64,000 nt of DNA from Octopus vulgaris (Eukaryota): assembly GCA_951406725.2 (NCBI GenBank), contig OX597815.1, positions 158,224,001 through 158,288,000 of the forward strand, read 5' to 3'. This document shows positions 1-12,540 of this stretch, piece by piece. Below the pieces are notes generated by a model. That model was given only the letters and a program-made list of their open reading frames with translations. It had not been told where the DNA came from and did not search any database. Position numbers and translations under genes: made by a program. How positions within the stretch are numbered: the stretch's first letter is position 1; every line of letters begins with the position of its first letter.

Positions 1-393
1 CAGAATATTCTCTGCAGATTTCCAAGCTATTATATATACAGAGTAGTGCATATCCATATTTTCAATGTAAATAATTAATGGCTATATTGGAAGTGAAGGC
101 TTTTAGGTGCCTTTACTACCATTGTAGAAAAGTCTGTGTCACGAGTTAACGATGCAATGGTTAGATTATTATACCTCAGTTAGATTATCATTCATTTGGT
201 AGTAATACTTGAGGAACCCTGAAATTGAAGCCAAAGTTGGTCGATTGCCTGTTGAATGGAAGTCCAACAAAAATGATGGGTCACACATGAAGTATTCTTG
301 GACTAAAAATGAAAGCACAAAGGGGTATAAACATATTCTTTACCATTAATGAAATATTGACTAATTATCATCACCATGACTCCTTCCAATATA

Positions 394-436
<43 letters not shown>

Positions 437-689
437 ATGATGATATCTATCTATCTATGTAATATATTATATATAAATTTATATATGCATGTATGTATGT
501 ATACACAAGGATGATATAACATGGCGATGGAGGTTAACAACAAATGTAGATCACAACATTTGTTTCTGCACTGCACAACAGCCTTTAAGTTGCTGAGTTT
601 ATATTCAAAGATCATTCTTTATAATTATTATACAGTTGAATTCTTCTCAACAACAACTGTGTGGGTGTTTCATTAGGGTGGAATATATA

Positions 690-745
<56 letters not shown>

Positions 746-769
746 CACTCATATATATATATATATATA

Positions 770-1070
770 TCAATCATCATCATTAGCAGTTAGCTTCTGT
801 GTTCTATGCTGGCATAGGTTAGATGGCTAGACAGGATCTAATAGGTCAGAGGACTGTATCACACTCCAATGTCTGTTTTGGTATGGGTTTTTTTGGTTGG
901 ATGTCCTTCATAATGAGAACCACTTCATAGAGTGTACTGACTGCTTTTTCGCATCACTGACACCAGTGAGGTTGTCAAGTAGAAGACTCCTTGATTGAGA
1001 GGGAAGGGTATTGAGGTAGGTGGCAGCTTATGCCAGGTGTTGAAAAGCAAGAGTATGATAGAGGGATGCA
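770..1070 (-). mobile_element. Degenerate RTE-LINE 3' UTR or derived retroposon
   Basis: Reverse complement resembles the AAGGGCATCCAGC / CCATGCTAGCATGGAA / (GAT)n-tail family at 3243-3588 and 5230-5638. Boundaries approximate. Confidence 0.55.
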
Positions 1071-2194
1071 TTCAGTTAGTGGACAATAGAGGAAACTTAT
1101 TTTGAGGGGGACTTCTGAGTTTTGCCTGGAGACTCATTCAACTCCTGGTTGAATAAATCATGGGGCAAAATTTAAAGCCCCAGCCTAAATTAATTATACA
1201 ATAAATTTAAGTCTACTTTCATTGTTTAAAACAATAACCTTAAATTGACATTTAGGAGGAATGTTTTATGCATTTTATTCCAATGAAGTTTTTCTCTAAC
1301 TTTCTATTGAGGATTTAATGCTTAAAATGATAAAATACTGTTACTCAATATTTTATCTATTTTAGAAAAAACTATACTCTGAGAGCCAAATTTAGCATTG
1401 TTGTATATGGTCATTTTTCCATATCTCTGCTTATAATTTTGTGATATCTTATGGTGAGATGGAAAATTTCCTATCTATCAATGAAAAGCAAAATCTGTAA
1501 GTTGGATTAAAGCAATCTCTATACTGAAAGATACTTTAAACCGAGTCATACATCTATATCAATGTCTATTTTTCAGAAACCTTACTGTTATCATTAATCG
1601 AATACATTATACCTGAAATCATTCCTTGTAAAGCAGATAAGTAGAATAAGAATGAACTTTTCTCATTGGTGGAAATGCTCCACAGCTTCAATGATATATT
1701 TTTCACCATGTTATTTTATATTCCTAGAGAGATAAGAAAAATGGCTTGCTTGGTTCAAGGTTTTGTTAGGCTTAGGGAAATGGTAAAAATGCTCTATAGA
1801 AAGAATCAAGATAACACCTAGGAAATCTACAAGCTGTGTGTTGGTTTTAACAGTTAAAGAAAGGATTTATTTTTTAAAAAGAGAGTACTATCCTTTCTTA
1901 TCCTATCAACAGTTTTGTGGTTATAATCAGTCAGGGCTAAAAGTCCTTTCTAATATAACCTCTATTCTACCCTTGGAAATCAATCTTTATCTTTAAAAGT
2001 AAATACAAACCAGTAAGATTGGCACCTTCAGCCATGTGCATTGTACCAATACTGACACCAAAAGGATTCCAAGTTAACTTCTTGACCATAGTTATTGCAA
2101 AGATTATTAGACTTGTCAACTAATCTGTCACAGATAATTATTATTTGTCTATGTTTTGACAAAATTGAATTGCTTCAACTAGGTTTTAATAGGT

Positions 2195-2320
2195 TTAGCT
2201 ATATGGTTAAAAAGCTTGTTTCCCCAACGAATATTGTCTCAGGTTCAGTCCTACTGTATAGCACCTTGAGCAAGTGTCTTCTACAATAGCTTTAGGCCAA
2301 CCAAAGCCTTGTGAGAAGCT
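2195..2320 (+). mobile_element. Degenerate 5' part of tRNA-derived SINE family A
   Basis: GGTTCAGTCCTACTGTATAGCACCTTGAGCAAGTGTCTTCTAC...CCAAAGCCTTGTGAG matches the head of the near-intact copy at 29476. Confidence 0.7.
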
Positions 2321-3242
2321 TGTCTCTCTCTCTCTCTGTCTCACGCACACACACACAAGGAAAATTTGCCTCAACAAAATTCTGTCTGACCAATGCAAAC
2401 ATGGAAAAGTAGATATTAAACAAATGCTATATGTGATAATGACCAATATACACTTTGTGCAGTTTGCTACATTATCCTTAATCATGATTTTATCAAATGT
2501 CTTAGATAAGCACTATTAACTTATATCATGTTTTCATGCCGATTAGGATATCTTTAAGAGAAATGCATGAAGAAAAAAATCAGGGAAAGCGAAAAGAAAC
2601 AAATTAGTAATGATGATATAATTAATTGCTATCAGATAGCAAACCAAGATTTTTGAGAAACAACCATCTTGAATTTGTCTTCATAATTATTTTTTTCAGG
2701 AGTAGCAGAATTAATCTAACAGTCTTTTATTTCTCCCAATTAATTCCTATGTTACAGTTCCTTTTTGTTTTCATTCGTTACAAAAGGTCTTGGAGCTTTT
2801 CAATCTTTCAGTATTCAGCTTTTGATGTAACAATGTACAAACAATTTCCAGGGACAGGAAGCTGATTATGCTCACTCTAATCGATTTATAGTGATGTTAA
2901 GCAGTGCTGAAGAGGTGGGAGGTGCTTTTCCCAGAATGTGTTTAGGTTTATTTCTTGCTGGGCACCATAACAAAATTGAGTATGCTAAAACTCTCTATGG
3001 GGAAAACAAAAATGGCTTTATCAAAAAGGCATTAAATTTGCAGAATGCAGTAAGCAAACATTAATGAATAGAAAGAAAAGCAGATTAGGACTATTCTTGG
3101 CATTGAGATTGTGACTTTTTACACCAATGCCTGAAAAATCACAACAGATACTGAGCACTTAAAAACAAAAAAAGTCAGCACCAAATCTTTCAGGTGAAGA
3201 ATAATGGCATAATGATAAAAGTAAGATATCTATCTATAATCG

Positions 3243-3588
3243 TTACCTGCGTCGCCTTACTGGAACTTGTGCTGGTTTGCACATGAAAAACATTTGAGTG
3301 AGGTCGTTGCTAGTGTCACTGGACTGGCTCCTGTGCAGGTGACACATAAAAAGCACCATTTGAGCGTGGCCATTGCCAGTACTGCCTAACTGGCCCTCAT
3401 GCCGGTGGCATGTAAAAGCATCCACTACACTCTCGGAGTGGTTGGTGTTAGGAAGGGCATCCAGCTGTAGAAACTCTGCCAGATCAGATTGGGGTCAGGT
3501 GCAGCCATCTGGTTTGCCAGACCTTAGTCAAATCGTCCAACCCATGCTAGCATGGAAAGCAGACATTAAACGATGATGATGATGATGA
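3243..3588 (+). mobile_element. RTE-LINE 3' UTR fragment (5'-truncated) with (GAT)n tail
   Basis: GGTTGGTGTTAGGAAGGGCATCCAGCTGTAGAAAC...CCCATGCTAGCATGGAAAGCAGACATTAAAC(GAT)n. The same motif follows RTE-like coding sequence at 21487-22375. Confidence 0.7.
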
Positions 3589-4364
3589 ATCACTTGAAAC
3601 TTAACCCAATCAACAAACTGTGACACAATACAATGAATCAAAGTTATTTGATGATCGTTCCAGTCTGAAAAATTTTAATAGTGAATACTTTACACTTAGT
3701 CATTAGCATACTTATGACATTGACAAATGGCAAACTTTGTATTATTCTTGCAAAATGTGCAAGCATAACACTTTTATTTTTGATAACTAGTAAAAAACTA
3801 AAGTGGATCAGAAAACCACATGAGAAGTGCCTGTCATAAGCAGGCCATGATGAAATGGAGAAGCATTGAATAAATGCAAAACACAAAACACAAGAGTTAG
3901 ATATGGTACATCAACAGGAAATAATATGGAAGCAAGATTGCTTGAAAACTTTTATCAAGATCCTGTTATTTTCTCCCCACAATAAATCTCATCAAAATCA
4001 TGCAGAGGACTTTTTTTTTTATTTCTGTAGGAATGTAGCCATACTAGAGCAATCAATTCCAGTACTTCTTTTAAAATCTGATACTGATTACCATTATATC
4101 ATCTATATCCATTGTTATGGGTACCACCTAAATTTTGCTATCCATAATACAATGACAAAATACAGAAACAATGATGTGTTAGGGACTATTTTTGAGCCGG
4201 TACAACAGCCATTAGTAAACTGCAGCCCACAGGACTTTCTGAATGGCATGTCTAATTTGATAAGGAAAATAACATATGCATAATATCTTTAGTAGTGAGG
4301 CTTGCTTGATGATGAGCCATGCCTGATGTGGCACCCTTCACAGAAAAGGTTGCCCATGAATGCA

Positions 4365-5186
4365 TCATAACATTTTACAAGATTCTTGTCATTCTTTACA
4401 ACACCTGTCTGTGTTCATCATTGTCCTTGCAAGGGGCCATCCGGACACCCGTCTTCGCTGTGAACAGGAATTAATCTTCTCTCTTCGCTCATTTGTGCTA
4501 CATGGGCGCAACTCCCCTCCTCTCTTCATTCCCACCAACCTCTCCTCTCCTCTCTTGCTCTGACATCTACTTCCTCTCTTCACTCCTACCCACCTTCTCC
4601 CTTCCACTCTCTCCCATCATCACCCCCCGCCATCGTTACCCCACCCTACACATCCCAACCCTACCATTCCTATACATCCCATCCCACTTCCACATATTCC
4701 ACTCCCACATAACCCTTGCATCCCCCACACCACACATCACCACACCATACCATCACACCACACCACCACACCACATTGCACCACCTGTACACACTAGCAT
4801 TGACCACTTCCCAGCACTCACACCATCATGCACACACCTACACATGCACACACCCACATGTCAAGGTTACCAGCTCCTATCCACATGCACACACGCATTC
4901 TCATATACGCACGTGCACCTTTGTTTTGGGATCACCACTACTTTATTATCTCTCCTTCTTCCTAGCTCTCCTGTTTGACCACCTCTGTCTGGCCATTGCC
5001 ATGATTAACTGCTAGCTACTAAAGCTTTCTTTTTTTATTATCTTTCTGTTTATTTTATTGTGTTCCTTTCTATTAAAGAGTGTAGGCTTGAAACGTATAA
5101 GACTTTCTCACCTTCCTAGTGTTAAGCTAATACACCTGTTTGTTGGTTACACACCTGTCTTTGTCTTTTGTTTTTTTGTAAATTCC

Positions 5187-5190
<4 letters not shown>
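4365..5190 (+). mobile_element. Penelope-like element 3' fragment: GIY-YIG C-terminus plus pLTR-like tail
   Basis: ORF 4360-4563 reads HSLQHLSV...RLRCEQELIFSLRSFVLHGRN, resembling the R..EQ.LIF.L....P.GLN end of PLE GIY-YIG endonucleases. A C/A-rich spacer follows, then a tail (about 4995-5190) homologous to 53870-54058, with a decayed hammerhead-like motif near 5085-5105. Confidence 0.6.
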
Positions 5191-5229
<39 letters not shown>

Positions 5230-5230
<1 letters not shown>

Positions 5231-5638
5231 CCAGTACCGCATCGACTGGCCTCCGTGCTGTGGGCACGTAACAAACACCATCTGATCGTGGCCGTTCGCC
5301 AGCCTCGTCTGGCACCTGTGTCGGTGGCACATAAAAAACACCATCCGAGCGTGGCCGTCTGCCAGCCTCGTCTGGCACCTGTGTCGGTGGCACATAAAAA
5401 GCACCATCCGAGCGTGGCCGTTCGCCAGCCTCGTCTAGCACCTGTGTCGGTGGCACATAAAATCACCCACTACACTCTCGGAGTGGTTGGCGTTAGGAAG
5501 GGCATCCAGCTGTAGAAACATTGCCAGATCTGACTGGCCTGGTGCAGCCTTCGGGCTCCCCAGACCCCAGTTGAACCGTCCAACCCATGCTAGCATGGAA
5601 AGCGGACGTTAAATGATGATGATGATGATCATGATGAT
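5230..5638 (+). mobile_element. RTE-LINE 3' UTR fragment with internal 63-bp tandem triplication
   Basis: CGTGGCC unit starts at 5287, 5350 and 5413 (63-bp period), followed by the GGAAGGGCATCCAGCTGTAG motif and a (GAT)n tail. Confidence 0.75.
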
Positions 5639-5713
5639 ATATATATATACACCCACAGATTAGACTGAATGAGATAACAAATCCAAGGCTGTGAGGACAC
5701 TTATAATGAAATA

Positions 5714-5761
5714 GTCTTACAGCTGTTTCTGGGATACTATACATATCCCTTCATCAGAGAC
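5714..5761 (-). ncRNA. Minimal type I hammerhead ribozyme motif with canonical core
   Basis: Minus strand: GTCT-CTGATGA-A-GGGATA tgtatag TATCCC-A-GAAA-CAGCT-GTA^AGAC. Stem I GTCT/AGAC, stem II 6 bp, palindromic stem III ACAGCTGT, GUA cleavage triplet. Confidence 0.8.
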
Positions 5762-6346
5762 GGTGTGAGAAAATATTTGAGTTCGAATTATTTTATATAT
5801 ATAAAAAACAAATGACATTATCATAATTCACATAGTTTATTTATTACCAACAGGAAATTGGAAAACACGATAAAAAAGCAAAAGTATTATTATTGAATAC
5901 TTTTGATTTTGCATTAAGTTAAACATAAACTAGGAATTTCTTTTTTACTCTTTAATTTCACGTTGGTAATACTGTCTATCATTCAAGATACTGCCATTCA
6001 AGTTTGTGTTGTGCAATGGTTATGATTATGAACAAATATATCTATTGAATAGTTACAAAGGCATGAACTTATTTTTTTTAAAGTTCTATACACATGAATT
6101 TATACGATAATATAAAATCCAAAACATGATTCAAGGCCTATTTAGTTGTTATTTTTAGCACATCCACCACCACCTCAATGAATAGAATATATTTGTCAGC
6201 ACATGTCTTCTCATGATAAGAATTCTCACGCTTGATTTGTTACTATGGAAAGAAGCATTAATATGTTTGTGGTTCATGACTGGCTAAAATTACTCAAAGT
6301 TTCCAAACTTTAAAAGCTCTTTATTTATTGATTTATTGCAAACATG

Positions 6347-7090
6347 GGATCTGTTCAGTTTGGCACAGAGATTTTTTTAATTGATTTTTTTTTAACTAAG
6401 CAATTTGAAACTTCATATATTGGTGGAATTTCTCACCCAGAACATGGTTTACTTTTAACAGTTTTGACAAAATTTCGTATTTTAGAAGTTATTTCATGTT
6501 AAAGTTGTCGTATTTAGGTAATTTTAGCCAATCAGCTATGTGTATTCAGTTGAAGAAAGCTACTTCCAGGTCATCTCTACTAAATGTCACACCACTCTGT
6601 TCTATTTTATTTTTTGTTTACTGCCTGTATTGCATATTACTTGCTTTCTTTTTTTTTTTATTGGCTGGCAATGACAAATTCACTCGCTGGTTGCCAATGG
6701 CTGCCTGCCAGTAGGAAGGGAAAGAATAAGGAATGCAGGGTGCTGACTAGAAAGGAAGAAAAGATATAAGGTTGGCATCATCTTCACTCAACATATGAAT
6801 AGAACAGAGTAGTGACATTTAGTAGAGATGACCTGGAAGTTGTTCTCTTCAATTACTATCGCAAACAGCAGTAGCTTTCTTCAACTGAATTGCACGTCAT
6901 TGATTAGCTAAAATTACCCCAATATGACAACTTTAACATGAAATAACTCCTAAAATATGGAATTTTGTCAAAATTGTTCAAAGTAAACTGTGTTCTGGGT
7001 GAGAAATTCCGCCAGTATACAAAGTTTCAAACTGTTTGGTTAAGAAAAATATTAATTAAAAAAAATCTGTGAGCCAAATTGAACAGATCC
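6347..7090. mobile_element. Foldback-like MITE with long (~240 bp) imperfect TIRs starting GGATCTG, probably Merlin-derived
   Basis: GGATCTGTTCAGTTTGGCACAGAGATTTTT at left and AAAAATCTGTGAGCCAAATTGAACAGATCC at right. Inverted similarity continues inward to ACTTCCAGGTCATCTCTACTAAATGTCAC / GTGACATTTAGTAGAGATGACCTGGAAGT. Confidence 0.75.
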
Positions 7091-7097
7091 CGAAAAG

Positions 7098-7517
7098 GGA
7101 TCTTTTCGGTTTGAACGGCAGTTTTTAACATAATTTCTAGGTAACTAAAAAATTTTAAACTTCGTATACTGGTAGAATGTGTTTATAAAACATCTTTTTC
7201 TCTTACTTTATAGAGAAAATTCTATAGTTTGTAAGATATTTGTTGTTTTTTTTCTTCAATTTCTGCAATTTCAACCAATCAATGACCTCTATTGAGGTAA
7301 AAAAAACCCATTCTGTGCCGTATGAATATGTCCCTCGTTTAAGAAACACATTGGGTTTATTTACATTTGTGAAGAAAAAAAGATACCCTTCCCCCACCCC
7401 TAACCCTAACCCTAAAACAGATTGAAATGCAATAGATTGATACTAGGGTCATAATTATGGGTGACAATTTCACATGACACCGCTAGAAAAGAACTGCCGT
7501 TCAAACCGAAAAGGTCC
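7098..7517. mobile_element. MITE family M (Merlin-like) with 8-bp TSD
   Basis: TIRs GGATCTTTTCGGTTTGAACGGCAG / CTGCCGTTCAAACCGAAAAGGTCC. TSD CCGAAAAG at 7090-7097 and 7518-7525. Internal (CCCTAA)n. Confidence 0.85.
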
Positions 7518-8338
7518 CCGAAAAGCAGTGATTAGCATGTGAAACCATATCATTACACTGATGAAATCAATTCGAGCTGGAATTGAAGATATTGAAAACT
7601 GGCAGCCAATCAGAAAAGATCCTCATCAAACTTCTTCGATAGAATATCGCTGAAATTTTCATTAAAAACGATGTATTATTTAGAAAGTTACGAGAAAACT
7701 AAGTTGTTAGGTGAACACCAAACTTGAATTATGCTTCTTCCATGTCTCATGACACCATGAAAACATTCTATACTACACCACCCACCCACACGTTCATTTC
7801 TTCCATCATGGAAGCGTTAATAGGTTGTTTACATTTTCAATTGAGTAGAAAGGCTTCCAGCTCCTACTTTAAATGTAATGGCTCTCTCTAATTGACAATA
7901 ATCGTCTCGCACCAAAATATTAGGGGAACACTCCATTCCCCACTCTTTATCAATTATAATATAACTGAGTTCGCCTTCGTACAATCCTTCTTTCTTTGCC
8001 GTGGTGTTGGATAAGTTTTAAATGTTTAAAAATCATCTTGATTTTTATTAAACATGGCGATTTGTCCACCCTCCCCTCCTTCTCAATCCACGATGTGAAA
8101 AGAACTATAATAGAAGACTAAGAATTGTGTGGATGCAGAAGGAAGAGGGGGCCGAAAACATTTCCTTAGTATTTTTTGTAATTGTGGTAGAACTGGTATT
8201 TGTAAGTTAGAGAACAATTGTGCAGATGCATTTCTATCTGGCAAAGTGACAGAGTTGGGTGATTTTAAAAAAAAAATTGAAATTTTTGAAAAAGTCATTT
8301 TTCCGAATCATCACTGTCACCATATTTGTGTGTATGTG

Positions 8339-8414
<76 letters not shown>

Positions 8415-9172
8415 CACACACAAACTATTCCATGTGTCCTTAATTTTATAATGTTAGGTGTATAGCTTTAAGGAGATTTGGCTGTTATTACTAGCCTTCC
8501 GAAGCCTGACTCATCTGTGTCGTCTGCTATTTGCTGTTCAACGTGCAAATGAAGGGACGAGTTTAAAACTGCCCGTAAGTGTGCGTATTTCGAAAGCCGA
8601 GTGAGTGGGGGCAATTGTAAATATATATATATATATATATTCCTACAATTGCAATATCTATATTTTTTAACGTGGAATTCGGCAATCTTTCAGTATAAGT
8701 ACGACAACAGTCAAAATTTTGCCAATTGATTTTCCGACGTCCCCGGCAGTTTAAGGAACTTCTATGTATTTATTTATTTATTTATTTATTTTTTTATAAA
8801 AGCGCGTGTGTGTGGTGTGCGTACGTGTTCGGCAATCTTCAGCACATGAAAGACATTGTCGAAAACAATATATATATATATATATAAATAAATACATTTT
8901 CCGTGGGGAAATCAGCTGGAAAAATTCTAACAGTTGCAAGACATATACAGAAAAACTGTCAGGGATTTTAATAAAAAAAAAGTATTGAAAAAGAATAAAA
9001 GAAAAAAAATTGAAGTGTGGGGAGTAGAATTGAGAGTTTGAAAAGTTGCTTTTATTTTTGGCAACATCGTAATCCATGTTGTCGCAAACAAAGGAATCGG
9101 GAGAGTAAAAACTACAAAAAGAACTTGGGTGAGGTGACAGTGTGACATGTTCACATGAACCGATTTTGTTTA

Positions 9173-9677
9173 CCGTAAATCCTTGAGTATAGTCCGCCCT
9201 TGAATATAATACGCAGGGAATTTTTAGGGGGCTGTACCTCTGAGAAACCTAAACCTTGTGTATAATACTTCTCTAACTTGAGTCAAGGAGGTCTATATAA
9301 CGTCCTTAGTTTGTAAAAATGTATACGGTAACGTCCTTTATTATTATTGTATATATAACTTAATGCAAACGTGTGGCTTTTTTGTGCATTTTGTTTGCAG
9401 AAAATAAAGAAATAACAGTCACAACGTTTAATAAATGTTGCTTACTGCAAGTTATGGATGATCCTTTTATGACTTCATTGCTTTCAGGCTTAGCTTAAGG
9501 TATCTTCGCGCCCGACATCACAAAATGTTTCTGAATAAACATTGCCGGACAGCAAATAGAGACTCGGACATTGCTTAGAAAATAATTTTCATTTTTAACC
9601 TCGTATATAGTACGCACTAGGGATTTTGACCTTTAAATTTGGGGAAAAAAATGTGGATTATACTCGAGGATTTACGG
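9173..9677. mobile_element. Tc2/pogo-like MITE with TA TSD
   Basis: TA|CCGTAAATCCTTGAGTATA ... TATACTCGAGGATTTACGG|TA. Confidence 0.8.
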
Positions 9678-9847
9678 TACTCATAACTTTCAGAAAAATG
9701 GGTACTTTTTAATGAAATTTTCCACAAAAATCTTTCATATTGTTTAGATTTCGCTGATATCAGAATTTAATGTTAAAAAAAAAAAAGAAAAATGGTGGGT
9801 GCGCACAGATACAAATCACACACATATCCACAAAACGAAACTTTAAA

Positions 9848-10231
9848 TCTCTCTATATATAAACGGCAGTTTGTCTGTGCGTTTTCTGTGTGTCTGTTTT
9901 CTCGTACCCTCACTCTGACCACGGCTTTCAACCGATTCTGATGAAACTTGACACACACATAGCCCAATGTCATAATTCAAAACTAACGCAGCGAAAATTT
10001 TGAAAAGTTCCCCCAGTTCTGAAAAAAATCGATAAATTCGACATGGGGTCGAGAATAAGAAACCCAAACCACAGACCGTCTAGGGGACGCAACATCACCT
10101 TTTTTAACTTTCAAAAAAAATTTACCATCATTTTCTTTCCATTTTTTTGCTATTTTTTGGCTATAACTCTCTAAAAATGCTTTATAGTTATTTCCCTTAC
10201 AAACCTGAGCAACGCCGGGCGATACTGCTAG
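9848..10231 (+). mobile_element. Non-autonomous Helitron
   Basis: 5' end A|TCTCTCTATATATAAA, subterminal GC-rich hairpin CCTGAGCAACGCCGGG, 3' end CTAG|T. Inserted between A and T with no TSD. Confidence 0.8.
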
Positions 10232-10294
10232 TTTTCAATAAATTGTGATGTATGTGAGTATGCATGTGTGCACGCCTACATGTTTTGTTTTTTT

Positions 10295-10516
10295 TGTTTT
10301 CGTTATAGTATTTATTTCGAGATGCTTTGTGTTTCATTCAATTAATTTTAAATATAACAAGGAATTTAGAAAAAGAACTTAGTTATCATCAAGCTAGTGT
10401 GGAGAACATAAATTATGACTAAGGTTTGGTGGAAGATTTTAATTCAATACTTATGAAAACAAGACATTTGTACTACAGAGCCAGAGGCGATTTTGGCCGG
10501 GTTGGTATCAAAAGGG
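10295..10516. mobile_element. piggyBac-like MITE, decayed left end
   Basis: Ends TGGTATCAAAAGGG|TTAA. The body resembles the reverse complement of 12974-13196. Confidence 0.5.
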
Positions 10517-11471
10517 TTAAATTATAATCGCAGTCTACACCAGCTGAAAAGGTATTTGTAGAAATTTTCATTTAAAATATTCAATTTTTGAAAGTTACAA
10601 AAAAAAAAAAAAAAAGTCGGGTGGGGGCCCTCTTATGAAGGTATGTTAACTTTTTATTCATGTATGTGTACGCCCCTAAGATATCTGAGCAAAAACTAGA
10701 AGCAAAGGCGTGCCAACCATGACTAACTCCATTTACGTTTACCATGAATCGTTCCTTTCTTATTTGAGGTGGAATTTGGCTATTACATATAGAAGAGGTT
10801 GATTTGCACACTTTTAAAATTAGGCGATAAATCAATAAAAACAAAGTTTTTTTTGTGTTGAGAGAAAAGAATATGAAATTAAAAATAAAGAGTTTGTAAA
10901 GGATTTTGAGATTTTAATGGTGTAAATTAAAGAATAACTTAATCTGAAGATTCTTCGAGTTTCAACGTGAATAAATGGGGAGGAGGGAAGAGTATAAGAT
11001 GGAACAGATATATATGCGTGTGTGCAAGTCCATGTTTGTTATGCGTGGACATGTAAGCCCGTATGTTTGAGTGAGAATGTGTGTGTGTGTGTGTGTGTGA
11101 AATGGAGCGAGAGTGAGAGAAAGTGTAAGAGAGAGAACGAAAGAGACACAGTCAGAGAAAGAGAGAGAGAGAGAAAGGGAGAAAGAGAGAGAGAAAAGGA
11201 GAGAGAGAGAGCTTCGTATGCGTGCTTCAGCGAGTCATCTTAATGCGTGTGTGCTGTTTGTACGTGTGACCGTTCTGAATATGATCCTTTAAGTTAGATT
11301 GCCTTTTTTTTCATACTCACTCACTCCCTTGCACGACACATACGATGTTGAAGATTTTTATTAGTTAGCATTGTTGTTTCAAAGTTAAAAAGGTTTATTC
11401 AATGGACATTATTTTCAAATAACAATTATATATCAGCCACTTTTCTCTATCTCTAAAGTGGTTCGTTAGTT

Positions 11472-12258
11472 CTAAAGTGTAATGTTGGATACAATAAATA
11501 TTTTGCATTATCTTCATATTTAGAGTTCACTGATGACAACTTTTACAAGTGTGAGATGTTTTTCTCCCCAACGAAACGCCTGCTAATGAAAGTTTTTCTA
11601 GTCTTGACCACTTCGGCTTGTATTCTTCACACAGAATATCTATAATGGCATTAGATCTTTTCGGTTTGAACGGCAGTTTTTAACATAATTTATAGGTAAC
11701 TAAAAAATTTTAAACTTCCTATACTGGTAGAATGTGTTTATAAAACATCTTTTTCTCTTGGTTTTATTAAGAAAATTCCATAGTTTGTAAGATATTCGTT
11801 GTTTTTTTTTCTTCAATTTCTGCAATTTCAACCAATCAATGACCTCTATTGAGGTAAAAAAAAACATTCTGTGCCGTATGAATGTGTCCCTTGTTTAAGA
11901 AACAGATTGGATTTATTTACATTTGTGAAGAAAAAAATATACCCTTCCCCCACCCCTAACCCTAACTAACCCTAAAACAAATTGAAATGCAATAGATCGA
12001 TACTAGGGTCATAATTATGGGTGACAATTTCATATGACACCACTTGAAAAACTGCCGTTCAAACCGAAAAGATCACTAAAGTGTAATGTTGGATACAATA
12101 AATATTTTGCATTATCTTCATATTTAGAATTCACTGATGACAACTTTTACAAGAGTGAGATGTGTTTCTTCCCCCAACGAAACGCCTGCTAATAAAAGTT
12201 TTCTAGTCTTGACCAATTCAGCTTGTATTCTTCACAGAGAATATCTATAATGGCATTA
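11472..12258 (+). repeat. ~180-bp direct duplication (11472-11653 and 12076-12258) flanking a MITE
   Basis: CTAAAGTGTAATGTTGGATAC...TCTATAATGGCATTA occurs on both sides of the MITE with few differences. Confidence 0.9.
11654..12074. mobile_element. MITE family M copy
   Basis: Highly similar to 7098-7517. TIRs GATCTTTTCGGTTTGAACGGCAG / CTGCCGTTCAAACCGAAAAGATC. Confidence 0.85.
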
Positions 12259-12540
12259 TCCAAATGTATCTAATTTTCTCAGAGAAAAGACTGGTTTAAG
12301 GGAGACTTATTTGCCATTGCTCGTAGGTCAAACAACTCAGAGCCTCTTTCGTTGGCTTACCACCCATTCATACATACACCAATGCTTTAGTTTAAGTTTG
12401 AATCTGCGTGTGACGCACTTAAGTGTGAGCACGTATTATCATAACCCCAGGCTATCTTCAAGCGAGAAGAAATTTTAATGAAAGGCATTCTGGTAATGAT
12501 TAATCCATCTATGCATTTAATGAAAATGCATCTTTTTTTT

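Noticed and set aside
2851-3063. Possible plus-strand exon after TTTCCAG (GQEADYAHSNRFIVML...)
   Set aside because: No recognisable homology and only weak splice support.
5122-5515. ORFs with 21-aa repeats on both strands
   Set aside because: They result from the 63-bp tandem unit in a retroelement UTR.
11525-11595. CTGATGA...GAAAC in the duplicated flank (also 7558-7600)
   Set aside because: No convincing stem II/III or NUH site with a closing stem I; likely chance.
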